A stretch of DNA of 64,000 nt, from positions 310,001 through 374,000 of the forward strand of contig OW569356.1 of assembly GCA_937625935.1 (NCBI GenBank), given 5' to 3'. Below are positions 22,168-33,224 of the stretch, piece by piece. The notes beneath the pieces are model-generated. The model ran no database searches. It was given only the letters and a program-made list of their open reading frames with translations, and was not told where the DNA came from. Positions within the stretch are counted from its first letter, which is position 1; each line of letters begins with the position of its first letter. The translations under genes and the position numbers were made by a program. The stretch comes from Tetramitus jugosus. Taxonomy: Eukaryota > Protista > Heterolobosea.

Positions 22168-24430
22168 ATGATGACGAACGAAGCCTCAGAAAGCTCTCTC
22201 ATCAACAACACTACATCATCACTCGAAACAGCAGATGATGCTCATTTGATCCTCACAACCACCATTACAACAACAGAAAAACACATTGGCGCAGATGACA
22301 ACTCTTCTACTACCACCACCACCAATGATGATGATGATGATCACAATAGTGACAATGAAGATACTGTTGTCGTTGCTGTTGCCATGGACGATGATGATGA
22401 TGAAACACCATCTGGTAGTGAAAATGATCAAGTGCTCGTCCGTCCAGCTGTTGTTTGCTTTGTTTGTAATCGTTGTCGCTCCACAGTGCATCTCATTACC
22501 ATGGAAAATCAAAATTATGACCCTTCATCATCCATTATCAAACCTTCCTGTACTCCCTCTACTACAACAACAACAACAACAACAGCAACAACAACAAATG
22601 AACAAAATAACAAAAATGCGTCATCATCCAAGCAAATCAATGATAATAACAACAACAAGAATAATGTGAGACAGAGTAGAAGAATGGCCATATCCAAACA
22701 AAAATCATCATCATCCAACAACACTAATAACAATAGTAGTAGTAGTAGTAGTAGTAGTATGAATAACATGCCTTCTTCATTGCCTGCACAAGCATCATCT
22801 TCATCACCACCACTCTCATCATCACCTCTATCGTCATCATCATTGTCATCGTCATCCAAATTTTCTCATTCACTGTCAAAGGCTGGTTTCTTGGCCATGA
22901 GAAGACAATCCATCATTTATTCTCCCAGAACAATGACAACAACAGCAAGTCATGTATTATCATCACCTCGAAAACTCAACAATAGTAGTAGTTCACAGTT
23001 TACATTGACTGATAATTCAATGAATGATCAGGATGACATGTTCAACAGTAATAATAGTAGTAGTATTATGGTTATGGATGGTAATAGTAGTAGTAGTAGT
23101 AGTATGAGTGAGACATTGTTGCCAATATCATCATCATCACCTCCTCCACCTGTATCCACCAGTGTACCACCATTATCATCATCAAATCCAGCAGCATTCA
23201 TGTTAGACATTGAAATGCAAGCTCAATTGGAAGCATTGACTCAAAAACCATATTGCTATGTCACTGAATCCGAATACATTAAGCAATCAGAGTACATTCT
23301 GGATCAATTGTTTGGTTATTTGAGTGAGAATGTGAAGAATCAGACATCGGTCGATTGTGAGTTGTGTGTCGAATGTTTGGACTTGCTCGTATCGGAGAAG
23401 GAGAGTGAATACAAGGTGGTTCATGCAGAGACTCAATCCTATCGAACATTTGTGAATGAGAGGTTGATGATGCAGGAGAAGAGTCTGGAGATGGAGAGTG
23501 AACAAGCGTTAATGAAAGAATTTGAAATGGTACGTGAAACCAATCCTTTTTTTTATTGTGGCCATTCATGTGAATTAACTTTTTGTTTTCCATTTTTGTG
23601 ATCATGCATGCGTATGCAAATGAATACAGTTGAGTCAAGAGGAGAAAAAGTGGGACGAAAATATTTGTGATTTGAGAGAGGAAGAGGCCAATTTGGACTT
23701 TATCGAAAATCAATTAAAGTTGGAAGAGTTGGAGTTGAATGCACTGGAGCACAACTATTGGATGGAGTACAATCATTTCCAATTGAGGTTAAATGCGTTT
23801 CAACAGGAGAGAGATGCACTTCAACAGCAATTGCTATCTGTTTCGAGAAGTTTGGACAAGTTGAACACATCAAACGCTCTCAACGATTCGTTTCACATTT
23901 GGTTCGAAGGTCATTTTGCAACGATCAACAATTTCCGGTTGGGTCGATTATCGACGCAATTGGTGGAGTGGACCGAGATTAATGCCGCTTGGGGACAGGC
24001 GGCACTATTGCTCACTTGTCTCGCAAAGCGTGTGGGATATGTGTTTAAGCAGGCGCGTGTGATACCGATTGGAAGCTTTTCAAAGATTGAAGTGAAAAAG
24101 TTTAATGGTTGGAACACCTATGAATTATTTGGAGGTCAAGGGGGATTGTTTTGGCAGAGCAAATATGACAAGGCACAGTTTGCATTTTTAGGTTGTTTGC
24201 ATGAGTTGGCAGACTTCTGTTCCAAGTCTCATGATCAACAAGAGTCCAGCGCTGTGAAACTTGGAGTGGGAGCCAATGATTTTCGTCGTGAAATTCCTTA
24301 TACAATCAACGGTGAACAGATTGGTGGAGTGAGTTTACGGTGGGGAGATGATGAGCGATGGACCAGGGCTTGCAAATATTTATTAACGAATCTGAAATGG
24401 CTCATTGGTCTGATATCATTCAATGACTAA
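22168..24430 (+). CDS. ATG6: Beclin-1/ATG6/VPS30; 2 exons, intron 23530-23629
   Basis: FVCNRC, LCVEC, a coiled coil, and the BARA domain FHIWFEGHFATINNFRLGRL...WTEINAAWGQAALLL...WTRACKYLLTNLKW. Confidence 0.93.
22500..23185 (+). repeat. Trinucleotide microsatellite tract (ACA/AGT/TCA repeats) within the ATG6 N-terminal insertion
   Basis: Runs of (ACA)n, (AGT)n and (TCA)n encode poly-T/S/N. Confidence 0.85.
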
Positions 24431-24468
24431 TAACAACGACTATTCCCATTTTTGACAAAGAGTCTCTT

Positions 24469-26097
24469 TTATTTGTTTCTTGGTCGTTTGTTTGAAACAA
24501 ATTGAGAGAAGAAAGATTTTCCTTGGAACTTCTTAGTATTTTGCTCTTTTTGTTGTTGGCCCTTTTGCAGTGATGCCAGTTCTGTCTGATGGATAGTAGC
24601 GATTTTTTTTGCCTTCTCCAGTAGAGCTTTCGATTCATTGTGATCCTTTTGTTCTTGAGTAAGTTCTGCGCCTTGTGAAGCATTCTTGAAAGGATTCCAG
24701 CCCATCTTGGACAATATAGCAGATGCATTGGATTTCAACATTTCTTTCGAAGGTTGAGGAGATTTGGAGTGCTTCTCTCGCAATGCAAGTGCCAATTGGG
24801 TTGATGTCGTCGCAATATGCTTGTGGTTGGGAGCCAACACTTTATCAAACAAATGCAATGCAAGTCTCAGGTAATCTTCACACAACTGGAACTTACCCTT
24901 CATGTAGTACACAGTTCCAATATTGTTCAATGTGATACCGAGTTCTTCACCACAGCCTTGTTCGATCAGACCATCCAATTCTTCAACAGTCAAGTGCTTT
25001 TCTGGTGGGACAACAACAACGACAGGAGTTTCAGTGGCTGCTGAATCCGCAGTGGTAGTCTCAGTATTAACACCAGTCTCAACAGAAGCAAATTCTTCTT
25101 CATTATGACTCAATATACCGAGTGCCTTTCTAAAGTGCTTCAGAGCTTCACCATATCGATTCAATTCAAAATAGGTCAATCCAATATTGTTCAAAACAAC
25201 AACATAGATACGATCGAGCGATTCAGTAGCGTGAAGAGATCTATACTGATCAAACAAGTACTTGGCACTGTCAAAATAGGACATCGCTTGCTTTGTTTGA
25301 CGCATGTTCACATAACATTGACCAATGTTGTTGAAAGTGACAGCCAAATGACTCCTGAGCTCAACCAGATCAATCTGTGCCTCACTCTTGTAGTTTTCAC
25401 TTGTCATCCTGTCCAACAGTGCCTTTCTAATCTCTGATGCCTTCAAAAAGTGGACGAGAGCATTTGGGAAGTGGCGAACACTCTCCATGTTGTACAGACC
25501 CATGTTGTTGTACAGTGTGCCTCTCCAATAATCCACTTCGTCATCCTTGCTGTCCTTCCATTGATCCCACACTTGCTCTGCTCTACCGTAAAGCTTGATA
25601 ATCGCGGCAAAATTGTATTTTGGATTTGGCGGCGAGTGATGCCCGCTCTTCATCATGAACCGCAAATTCTCCGCCAAATTATTGTAAGCAATTGCGAGAA
25701 TGTGAGCATTGTCCTTGCTGGTAGGCGTAGGTGAGACGAGTGACTCGAAACCGTCGATTGCTTCAACAAACACATTGTAACTCTCCAAAAACTTGTTCTG
25801 CGAAAAAAGTTCATAAGCTTGCTTGAACTGTGCGCGATATTGTTGAAGGAGTGCACCCACAGTGCTGTCAGTGTGGATGGTTGTGGTTGAGAAATGACGT
25901 GCACCACGATCACTACTCAAACAACCATTCAAAGACGATGAAGAGGCATGCATTGATCGAATAAATAGAGCAGAGTGACGCTCCATGATTGTTTGGTGAG
26001 ATGATGATGATGAACGAGTGATGGAAATGAGTGGTGAAGAGAAGGGCAGGGATGTCCTCCTCAGCTGCTTCACTGTGGAGCGTGCGATTGCTGACAT
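24469..26097 (-). CDS. TPR-repeat protein (TPR_12-like) with a mitochondrial-type presequence
   Basis: Repeated AYNNLA, LYNNMG, TFNNIG, VLNNIG and TLNNIG motifs. Arg/Ser-rich N-terminus lacking acidic residues. Confidence 0.8.
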   Translation of the reverse strand: MSAIARSTVKQLRRTSLPFSSPLISITRSSSSSHQTIMERHSALFIRSMHASSSSLNGCLSSDRGARHFSTTTIHTDSTVGALLQQYRAQFKQAYELFSQNKFLESYNVFVEAIDGFESLVSPTPTSKDNAHILAIAYNNLAENLRFMMKSGHHSPPNPKYNFAAIIKLYGRAEQVWDQWKDSKDDEVDYWRGTLYNNMGLYNMESVRHFPNALVHFLKASEIRKALLDRMTSENYKSEAQIDLVELRSHLAVTFNNIGQCYVNMRQTKQAMSYFDSAKYLFDQYRSLHATESLDRIYVVVLNNIGLTYFELNRYGEALKHFRKALGILSHNEEEFASVETGVNTETTTADSAATETPVVVVVPPEKHLTVEELDGLIEQGCGEELGITLNNIGTVYYMKGKFQLCEDYLRLALHLFDKVLAPNHKHIATTSTQLALALREKHSKSPQPSKEMLKSNASAILSKMGWNPFKNASQGAELTQEQKDHNESKALLEKAKKIATIHQTELASLQKGQQQKEQNTKKFQGKSFFSQFVSNKRPRNK

Positions 26098-26376
26098 TTT
26101 GATCTTTTTTTGTTGGGTGCCTCAGGATGCTGTTTCTGTCGGGAAAATCCATAATGGTGGTTGGACATAAGCTTATGACCTCGGTTGTTTGGCTTGAGAT
26201 ATCCTGTCACAGGACTCAGCAAGAGATAAAGAAAGAAGAGATTATCTAAATATAATTAGTCCTCTTTCGAAGGAAACTAAGGATCCTTTTCCAGAAGTGA
26301 TGTGACCAGAATAATGTATGACCATCTTTTGTGTCATGATAACAGCTCTCCAACACACACGGAAACAAATTCAAAA

Positions 26377-26904
26377 ATGTCTTCTCTTTCTTGGTTCTTA
26401 GTACTAGTCTTGGGTTTCTTTTTCCTGGGTACCTCTCATTCAGCTCCAGCCAATCAACTTGACTACCAACCCTCAGCCACTTGCATAAGTATCAATTCCA
26501 CAGCAGCACCATTCTGTACCCCTATTGTCACATGGGACATTCATCGACTTACATATGTGAACCAACCGGCTAGTGACCAAGTAGCCATCGACTACTACTA
26601 TTACTTCCTGGCGAAGCAAGGTGAGACCACTGATCAGTGTAAAGAACAACTGAAATTAATCTCTTGTGGCAGAAGTTTTACTCGATGCATCAACGACAGA
26701 GCCCCAGCAGTGCAGTTATGCAAAGGAGAATGTGTGAAGCTAACCCAATTGTGTTCAAATATCACTCTCCCGATGATAGAGAGCAGTTGCAGAGAGGGGA
26801 CTGAACTATACAAGGATTGTCATGCAGGAGCCAGCGGACTTAGGATCTCTCTCAGAATTGCCATGATGCTTTCCCTATTATCAATCGTAATCTCGTTTTT
26901 TTGA
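26377..26904 (+). CDS. Secreted, probably GPI-anchored, Frizzled-like cysteine-rich domain protein
   Basis: Signal peptide MSSLSWFLVLVLGFFFLGTSHS, 10 Cys in FZ-CRD spacing (C..C..C..C...F..C..LC...C......C..C..C), and a hydrophobic C-terminus after the small residues AGAS. Confidence 0.7.
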   Translation: MSSLSWFLVLVLGFFFLGTSHSAPANQLDYQPSATCISINSTAAPFCTPIVTWDIHRLTYVNQPASDQVAIDYYYYFLAKQGETTDQCKEQLKLISCGRSFTRCINDRAPAVQLCKGECVKLTQLCSNITLPMIESSCREGTELYKDCHAGASGLRISLRIAMMLSLLSIVISFF

Positions 26905-27038
26905 ACTGGCATGAAAAGGTTGCGTTCCACACGTTGTGGCGGCTCATTTCTCAACCTGTAAACACCGACCGGCAAATATGGCGGAGCCGCACTCGAGAAC
27001 ATCACCAACATTCGTAGTAGGAACAGCTCAAACCAATC

Positions 27039-29234
27039 ATGAATGTTGCTACCACCAAAAGAGACTCCATAGGTAGTTCTATCATTCCACTCTTGCAATT
27101 TGATATAAAACAAAATCCATCAGCTCTTCCGGTTGTCATCAATCTGATGTATGACACATCTTTAGGTTTATTCAAGGGAGGAGAGTTCGATGGAGCTCTA
27201 AAATATATAAATGAAGCAATTTCGCTCATGCCACCAGATTTTGCTGAACATTCTTGCCACGATGTTAGTATTGAGGTGTTGACCCTCAAAGGACGAATTT
27301 TGTTATCGATGAACAAGTTAAGTGATGCTCTTCTCATTTTTGAAAACTTGCAGAGGAGGGTAGACAACACGACAGATTTATTTAAGGTCAAATATCATTT
27401 CTTGGAGACTTGTTCGAACATGGGTAGATTCGAAGTGGTGTATGATGAGTTTATGGATATGTTGGCTGCAGACTCTGAAACCCTTTGTTTAGTAGCGAAC
27501 GACGATTCTTTCCTTCAACAGTGGATTCAAGAAACAGTTGTTGTTATCCGAGAATTATTGGATAAGTTTCCTTCCATGTCAGATATGCTAGAGCTTGGAG
27601 ATAATCCTAACAGAGAGAGGAGATATTTTATGAAATGTCTAGCACAAAGTTTTTCAGGAATAAGTTTAGGTAGAAATGCCAACAAGGTATACTTGTTTGT
27701 CACACCCCTTTTATTGGGTAAGATGATGCTCCAGGAGGGTTTATGTGAAGAAATGACCATACCTGTTCTATCAGTTCTTGGATGGATTCTTGGTTCTATT
27801 CATGATCCCGAACTCGGATATCATATCAGCCATATGTGTCTTGATGTAGGAAGATCGAGACATAAGAGAGAGAGGACGATAGTTATGGCAGTATTCTATC
27901 GGAGTTTATCCCATGTTTTTAATGATTCCCTACAGGATGTGGCCAAATCTGCTTATGAAGGATGGAAATTGTCCCATGAACTTGGTGAGAATATCTGGGG
28001 TCCATTATGTGGTGTATGGGTTGTCCTATCTCGAGTATACGCAGGTACAAATATTGAAACTCTTAAAGGCATTGCTAGAGAAGTGGAGGGGATGTGCAAA
28101 CGGGTTAACAATGATTTTCTGTTGGATGTATTTTCCGCTGACCTGGCTGTGGCTCGAGGGTTGGCAGACGAAAGTATGACCACTTTTGATCCTATATTTA
28201 GAATAGAGAAGATAGAAGAGATTCCGTACAGTAGAGCCAGTGTTCGGTTTGCTCGGGGAATGTGGAACTTCTTCCATGATGAACACAAGGTGGCATATAC
28301 GTGTATGAAAGAGACGGGTAGTTTAATAGAAGACACTTTCGGTACGCCCCTCCACTTACTCTATCGATGGTTCTCATGTGTTGTATGTGCTTGTAGATAC
28401 GAAACATATCGGGAAGAAGAAGAAACAGATAAGAAGAAAACATTCTCAATTATGGAAGCTATGTTGGGACCCAATGCTGCTCCACCAAAGAGCCAACGAG
28501 ACAAAATACTGGACGAATTTAAAAAGCAATACTTAGAGGTGGAACAACTCCACGGGTCGTTTGGAAGATTCATGGAGCCTGCATACTACTTGAGCCAAGC
28601 CGAAGCTGTCAGGCTAAACCTGTTTGATGAGTGCTCCGAAACCAGTTCTGAGTTGTATGAGAAAGCTACTCAATCTGCAAAAGAGCTCAATCATGTTCTT
28701 CTTGCAGCAGTGGCTTGCTCCAGACAAGCATCTCTACCAGAATTCACGAATAATGCACAACGGTCAATAATCGTCACCAAGGCAATCAAACTCTGGAACT
28801 CAATGGGAGCTTCATACATGGTTAGTAAGCTCACTAAAACTTATCAGATAGTAGATATCGACAATATTTTGAGTAGTTCAGTCAACAGCGTGGGATTCGA
28901 AGCGATTAGGACATCGGTTTCCAAGAGTCTCGATATGTCCAAGTTTAACAGCGACAGTTTCATCGTATTAAATGGCTCCAGCTCCTCTGGTCGATTAAGA
29001 TCAAGTATGAATGGAGAAGATATCAAACATCTCAAGGAACAAGTGAGTCAGAAGACTCTTCGTATTGAACAACTGAACGACAAGATTGAACAGTTGGCTG
29101 CAGAGAACGAAGAACTTCGAAAATCCCAACAGAGAGCCTATGCCATAGCTGAGATTGTAAAGAGAAACAATGAAAAGTCCTCTTGTCTCCCCAACCTTTT
29201 CAGGAAAGGCAGCAACGAGGTCACACCAAAGTGA
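27039..29234 (+). CDS. Helical-repeat protein resembling the central region of STAND/AAA hybrid kinases, with a C-terminal coiled coil
   Basis: LSQAEAVRL...ELYEKATQSAKE...AIKLWNSMGA...VSKL parallels LMLAEYLRM...CYDDSISHAAQ...AFESYKKWGA...LEQI in the 50-56 kb kinase. Confidence 0.6.
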   Translation: MNVATTKRDSIGSSIIPLLQFDIKQNPSALPVVINLMYDTSLGLFKGGEFDGALKYINEAISLMPPDFAEHSCHDVSIEVLTLKGRILLSMNKLSDALLIFENLQRRVDNTTDLFKVKYHFLETCSNMGRFEVVYDEFMDMLAADSETLCLVANDDSFLQQWIQETVVVIRELLDKFPSMSDMLELGDNPNRERRYFMKCLAQSFSGISLGRNANKVYLFVTPLLLGKMMLQEGLCEEMTIPVLSVLGWILGSIHDPELGYHISHMCLDVGRSRHKRERTIVMAVFYRSLSHVFNDSLQDVAKSAYEGWKLSHELGENIWGPLCGVWVVLSRVYAGTNIETLKGIAREVEGMCKRVNNDFLLDVFSADLAVARGLADESMTTFDPIFRIEKIEEIPYSRASVRFARGMWNFFHDEHKVAYTCMKETGSLIEDTFGTPLHLLYRWFSCVVCACRYETYREEEETDKKKTFSIMEAMLGPNAAPPKSQRDKILDEFKKQYLEVEQLHGSFGRFMEPAYYLSQAEAVRLNLFDECSETSSELYEKATQSAKELNHVLLAAVACSRQASLPEFTNNAQRSIIVTKAIKLWNSMGASYMVSKLTKTYQIVDIDNILSSSVNSVGFEAIRTSVSKSLDMSKFNSDSFIVLNGSSSSGRLRSSMNGEDIKHLKEQVSQKTLRIEQLNDKIEQLAAENEELRKSQQRAYAIAEIVKRNNEKSSCLPNLFRKGSNEVTPK

Positions 29235-29300
29235 TCTCAAACAAAAACTGATTAGTAAAAAAAAGTACCAAAAAGGAGAGAAAAAAAAACAAGTTTGATA

Positions 29301-30701
29301 ATGGATACTGTGAAACGATGGCTCTACTCGAGCTCTTCCTTTATTCCGATCGCGATTGTCGCAATGATAAGCGAAGCACTATTGAACCTGATCATTATTC
29401 GAAGAATACCATGTAAGTAGCGACTGACGATCATTCTGTTTGTTGTAGGTGTTTCTCGTGTGTGTACACATTTATCTTGTTGTTTCCCATTCTTACATGT
29501 GAGAACTTGTGTGCACGCAGATACTGAGATTGACTGGGTGGCCTACATGCAAGAATCAGCTGGTTTCATGCACGGTGATTGGGACTATTTGAACTTAAAG
29601 GGCGACACGGGTCCATGTGTCTATCCTGCTGGTTTTCTCTATGTGTTTTCAGTGTTGAGGATGGTGACACAGAATGGATCGAACATTCTTCTCGGTCAGT
29701 ACATGTTTGCCGCATTTTACCTGTTGTTGATGATTGTGTTGCTGTGGTTGTACTACAAGGTAATTATGGACAATAATCATGAATCTTTGGTTGGTGCTCC
29801 AAAGCAATCGAATCGAAACTATTATTTGCCTGCATTCTGGACCATTTTCTTGTTGTGTGCCAGTCGAAGGATACACAGCATCTTTGTACTGAGATTGTTC
29901 AATGATGGAATTGCAATGATTTTTGTCTATTTGGCGATTTTAGCTTTTGTATACGATTTCTGGACAAGTGGAACCATTTTGTTCAGTATTGCCCTGTCCA
30001 TCAAGATGAACATTCTCTTGTTTTTGCCTGGCTTGTTGGTCCTGTATGTGAAACGATTTGGATTTGTGAGATCATTTGCACAAATCTTTATTTTGGTATT
30101 GGTGCAGGTGATTCTGGCGATTCCATTCTTGATAACGAATGCCCCTGGCTATATGGAGAGAGCATTCAACTTTGGCCGAGAATTCACTTTTATTTGGACT
30201 GTCAATTACAAATTCTTGCCTGAGGATGTATTTGTGAGCAAGGCATTGGCACGTGGACTCCTGTTGGGCCATGTTCTAACTCTACTTTTCTTTGGATTCT
30301 TTAGATGGACGAAAGAGGAGGGCGGACCATTCCGATTAATCCTGTTCGGTGGGAACGAACAAACCAAGGGCAGACAAATGACTGCACAACACATTGTCAA
30401 AACCTTGTTTGAGTCAAACTTGATTGGAATTATATTTGCTCGAAGTTTGCACTTCCAATTCTATGTTTGGTATTACCATCAATTACCACTGTTGCTATTT
30501 AGTATGACAAAAGTCCCTCTCTGGTTAAAATTAGCGATCATGGCTGGAATCGAAATCATCTGGAATATCTTCCCATCCAATTCAGTGACATCCATTTGCT
30601 TAACTGTAATGCACATTGTGCTGTTGATTGGACTTGCATTTGGACAGCCCTTGTACAGTGCCTATAGACAGAAAGCAACACCAAAAGCAAAGGTCAATTA
30701 G
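29301..30701 (+). CDS. ALG3: ALG3 Dol-P-Man alpha-1,3-mannosyltransferase; 2 exons, intron 29413-29520
   Basis: Splicing restores IPYTEIDW. Also GDTGPCVYPAG, RIHSIFVLRLFND, SIKMN, RSLHFQFYVWY. Confidence 0.95.
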
Positions 30702-30913
30702 ACAGCAATAAAATCTTTGCTTTGTGAGCCAGAGTGCTTACTTTCCTTTTCCACAAATACTCCTCCTTGTCAGATGTCAGTTGCCAAAAATGAGTTGCAC
30801 ATCTTCCTATTTGCAATACCCGAATCTCTCTCTGTCAAAAACAAAAGAAGACAGAACAACATTTCAAGAATAAACGGCCGAAGTAGACCATCCAACACAC
30901 ACACATATCCAAT

Positions 30914-33052
30914 ATGAAAGAAAAGAACCGAAAAATCTCTGTCCTATCACTCCAATGTCAGAACAATAAGCAAGGTTGGCTCAAGAAACAAGGTGGAAAG
31001 CACAAGAATTGGAAAACACGGTTCTTTATTCTGAATGACAATATATTGTACTATTTTAAAACTGCAAAGGACAAGATACCCAAAGGCATCATTCCGCTCA
31101 ATGCCGAGTGTCGCATCGAATTTGTAAATGAAGGTGCGGTGCCCGTGTCGGCTTCGGCGAATGAAGAGGAGAAAAATGCGACTACGGTGGCGCCCTCCTC
31201 CAAACCAACAGCCGCTACTACTACCGCCAATTATACTCCAACAGAAAAGAAGAGACAAATGACGCCTGACAAGTGGTCCTTGAAGATTTATGCTCCGTGG
31301 AGAGTGTATTGGTTCTGCAGTGACGTGCTCAATGACATTTCATCATGGGTGTCTGCATTGACGATTGCTACAAAGGTATGCTTTGGTTTTTTGTCATTTT
31401 TGTTGTTGTTGTTGTTAAGACTGTCGTTGGGAGAATAATATCATATTAATTCTTGGTGAATATTCATGCAGATGTCAGTGAAACGAAGGCACGAAAACTC
31501 GTTGAAGGAAGGATGGATTGCGAAACAGGGCAAAACATTTAAGAGTTGGAAGATGAGATACATGATACTGAAGAGTGATGCCATGTATTACTATGAATTC
31601 CCTGATAGCTCAATCGCAAAGGGCAGCATTGCTTTGCTCAATGCCACTGTGACACACAACGACCCAACCAAAACCATCAAGAGTCCCAAGATGAGTCACA
31701 TGACGAGAGAAGAGTCTCAAGCGCTCATTAATCAAACAACTAACACCGATACGAGCACAAACACCAGTACTGAGAACTCTGATATTTATTCGATATCAAC
31801 AACAGAGATATCATCGAGTGACTATCAGAGCAATGAGATCCTGGAGTACGGATTTAAGATAACGAACGACATTAGAACATATTTGATTTATGCGTTGAAT
31901 CAGAGTGAGTGTGATAAGTGGATGATGAGAATTCAGAGGGCCATTCTGGAAACGATGACGAGATTAGCGACGAGTCGTGTCGTGGGTGAAACTCAAGTCG
32001 AAAACGAACTACTATTGAGACAATTGAATCCAGAACTGAGTCAGTTGGATGATGAAATAATATCGGACTTGATGATGAGTCTTTCTTCGATAGATTGCAT
32101 GGACTCTTGTCGAACGGATTCTGTTCTCGATCATGAATCAAATGGACTCACCTCACAATTGGAAGATATGCACACAGATGATAGCTCTACAGAAAGACGG
32201 CCCTCTGTAAACTCTCCTATTCTTACTCCCAGAAAATTAGAAGAGTTTTCTTACTTGATTGCTCATTTCGTTCTCAAGGAAATACAAGCAAGAAGCACTG
32301 ATGAGAAAGAATTACTGGAATACTTGAAGGATAACAGAAAGAGGAGTCACATGTCCTTGGCACTCGAGACAGCAAACATTGTGGCAACAAGAGACAGATC
32401 TAGAAGTCTCATTGTTGAATCAGCGATGACTATTTTCCAGGATCAAAAGATTGATCCAAACATGATACCAATTAAACTCTGTCTAAAGCCTGGAATCTAT
32501 CAGGAGGAGAGTCTGAAATTCGATAGGCCAATAGAAATTGAAGGCTCTGGCGTTGACAACACCATCATCGTCCTATTCAAGAGTACAAGAAGGAACAATA
32601 TGCCTCTGGTGAGTGTTGCTGCACAGAACGTACGACTCAAGAATCTCACACTCAAAATCTATGCCAATGATCTGGAGGAAGAAATCTTGTCCGCTAGTCC
32701 ATCCAAACTAGCACAACAAAAGAGAGCCTCCCTATTCGAAACATACAAGAGCATTGTACATGTGTCGTCTGGAAGTTGTTATCTGGAGAACTGCCGATTA
32801 TCATGTGAACCAAAGCAACAAACTTCAGATGCGATGCTGCAAAAGACATGTGCTGTGCTCGTCACTAATGATGCTAGGTGTTATCTTGAAGGATGTGACG
32901 TGCAGTCAGATTATGGCATGGTCGTCACACAAATGGGATTCGTTTGTGCAGATGGAGGGGTAGTTCGAGCCAAACTTAATCCTGTGAAGAAGTTATCATC
33001 CAAACCTGGCTCTGATGTCAGAATGTATGGCACGAGGATTTCAAATCGGTGA
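30914..33052 (+). CDS. Double PH-domain protein with a C-terminal right-handed beta-helix-like domain; intron 31376-31471
   Basis: [22 protein letters not shown] and [22 protein letters not shown]. The segment [11 protein letters not shown]...IEIEGSG...VRLKNLTL is a pectin-lyase/NosD-like pattern. Confidence 0.8.
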
Positions 33053-33224
33053 TCGTGTCTTGGCGGTAAAAAACGTCGAAGCTTTAAAAATAAACTAGAT
33101 TTTTGCTTTACAATCAACCTAGTGATTCTGCGACATGAGATTCCTCCGTTTCGTTTTCGCCTCAGGATTAGATTTGTTTTTGACCGCAGCAAAATCACAA
33201 CACTCGAGAAAGTATCATCAAAAA

